A DNA stretch of 7,722 nt. Origin: Naegleria gruberi. Lineage: Eukaryota. The notes below the pieces were generated by a model. The model made no database searches, was not told the origin of the DNA, and saw only the letters and a list, made by a program, of their open reading frames with translations. Below are positions 7,294 through 7,722 of the stretch, piece by piece. The stretch lies in assembly GCA_000004985.1 (NCBI GenBank), contig GG739114.1. One strand, 5' to 3'. The position numbers and the translations under genes were made by a program. How positions within the stretch are numbered: the first letter of the stretch is position 1; each line of letters opens with the position of its first letter.

Positions 7294-7722
7294 GCTTGGT
7301 ATTGAGTAATGTAACCATGAATGTCCAAGCAACTTTTGTGGCCACAGTCAACCCATTAGTTCCAAAGAAATACCACAAAATCAGCCCAACAATCGAACAA
7401 TAGAGAATAATTCTCCAAATAACAAATCCAACCATTTTAAAAAACAATCTTCTCATCAAACTAACTATTGGCTCAATAACAATTTTGGCAGATCTCAAAA
7501 ACTTGAATGTCAACTTGGTGTTGATATTTTCCATTGCATTCTTTTCTCTTTCTTGTTGATTTTGTTCAGAGAATCGACGTGAGCTAGAGGAAAATTGATA
7601 GTGTTGAGGCAATGAACTGAATTTTGTAAAGGAAATCAACTTTTTGGATGAAATCAAACCAATCAAAGATGATTTTTGATTGTGGGAAGCAAATCTTGAC
7701 CGTGTGAATAAAGAACGACTGG
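7289..7722 (-). CDS. 3' portion of a protein-coding gene: Ser/Arg-rich hydrophilic region followed by a hydrophobic C-terminus with 1-2 predicted transmembrane segments. Partial; the frame is open to the window edge at 7722.
   Basis: The ORF-track start at 7666 is TTG, not ATG. Translating further upstream in the same frame gives SRSLFTRSRFASHNQKSSL with no stop before the window edge. The gene therefore begins outside the window or in an upstream exon. The C-terminal text ...RSAKIVIEPIVSLMRRLFFKMVGFVIWRIILYCSIVGLILWYFFGTNGLTVATKVAWTFMVTLLNTKQ* contains a roughly 23-residue hydrophobic stretch (MVGFVIWRIILYCSIVGLILWYFF) and a second shorter one. The TAA stop at 7291-7289 is embedded in AATAAA. 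I could not assign a family. Confidence 0.5.
   Translation of the reverse strand, partial: SRSLFTRSRFASHNQKSSLIGLISSKKLISFTKFSSLPQHYQFSSSSRRFSEQNQQEREKNAMENINTKLTFKFLRSAKIVIEPIVSLMRRLFFKMVGFVIWRIILYCSIVGLILWYFFGTNGLTVATKVAWTFMVTLLNTKQ

Noticed and set aside
7666-7666. The ORF-track start codon for the 7289-7666 ORF, and similarly those at 48, 1389, 7053 and 7175
   Set aside because: I checked the bases: each is TTG read as Met by a prokaryote-style ORF caller. In this eukaryote-like sequence they are not initiators. I therefore treated the ORFs as open frames, or used the first real ATG.
1-7722. Prokaryotic defence or mobile 'system' (CRISPR array, toxin-antitoxin, integron, etc.)
   Set aside because: There are no spacer-repeat arrays, no dense co-directional ORFs with RBS, and no integrase or transposase-like ORFs. 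The readable sequence has eukaryotic hallmarks (splice consensus, AATAAA at the ORF end, poly-Lys low-complexity coding, AT-rich intergenic DNA). Seventy percent of the window is N, so I will not invent content for it.

Overview
Only about 2.4 kb of this 7722-nt window is readable. Positions 1444-6759 (5316 nt, 69% of the window) are an uninterrupted run of N, which is an assembly gap. The readable flanks (1-1443 and 6760-7722) look like AT-rich eukaryotic nuclear DNA, about 30-35% GC by eye. Supporting signs are GTAAGT and TTTTCAG splice-consensus strings, an AATAAA hexamer at a gene end, no Shine-Dalgarno-like context, and lysine-rich low-complexity coding. A nematode or other invertebrate genome is a reasonable guess but is not proven.

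I can support three protein-coding segments, all on the minus strand.
- A 5' gene fragment (first ATG at 7157) reads uninterrupted down into the gap at 6760.
- A 3' gene fragment (7722 to 7289) encodes a Ser/Arg-rich region followed by hydrophobic transmembrane-like segments. Its TAA stop sits inside an AATAAA hexamer.
- A weaker Ser-rich 94-codon ORF lies at 457 to 173.

The left gap edge lies inside a roughly 76-bp-period tandem repeat, which plausibly caused the gap. The readable sequence shows no RNA gene, no CRISPR array and no prokaryotic feature. I see no evidence of a defined 'system' in the readable sequence, and whatever lies in the 5.3-kb gap cannot be assessed. Many 'M' starts in the supplied ORF track are TTG codons (48, 1389, 7053, 7175, 7666). 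In a eukaryotic context they are not real initiators. The four ORFs of about 1800-1900 aa in the track are artefacts of translating N as X.
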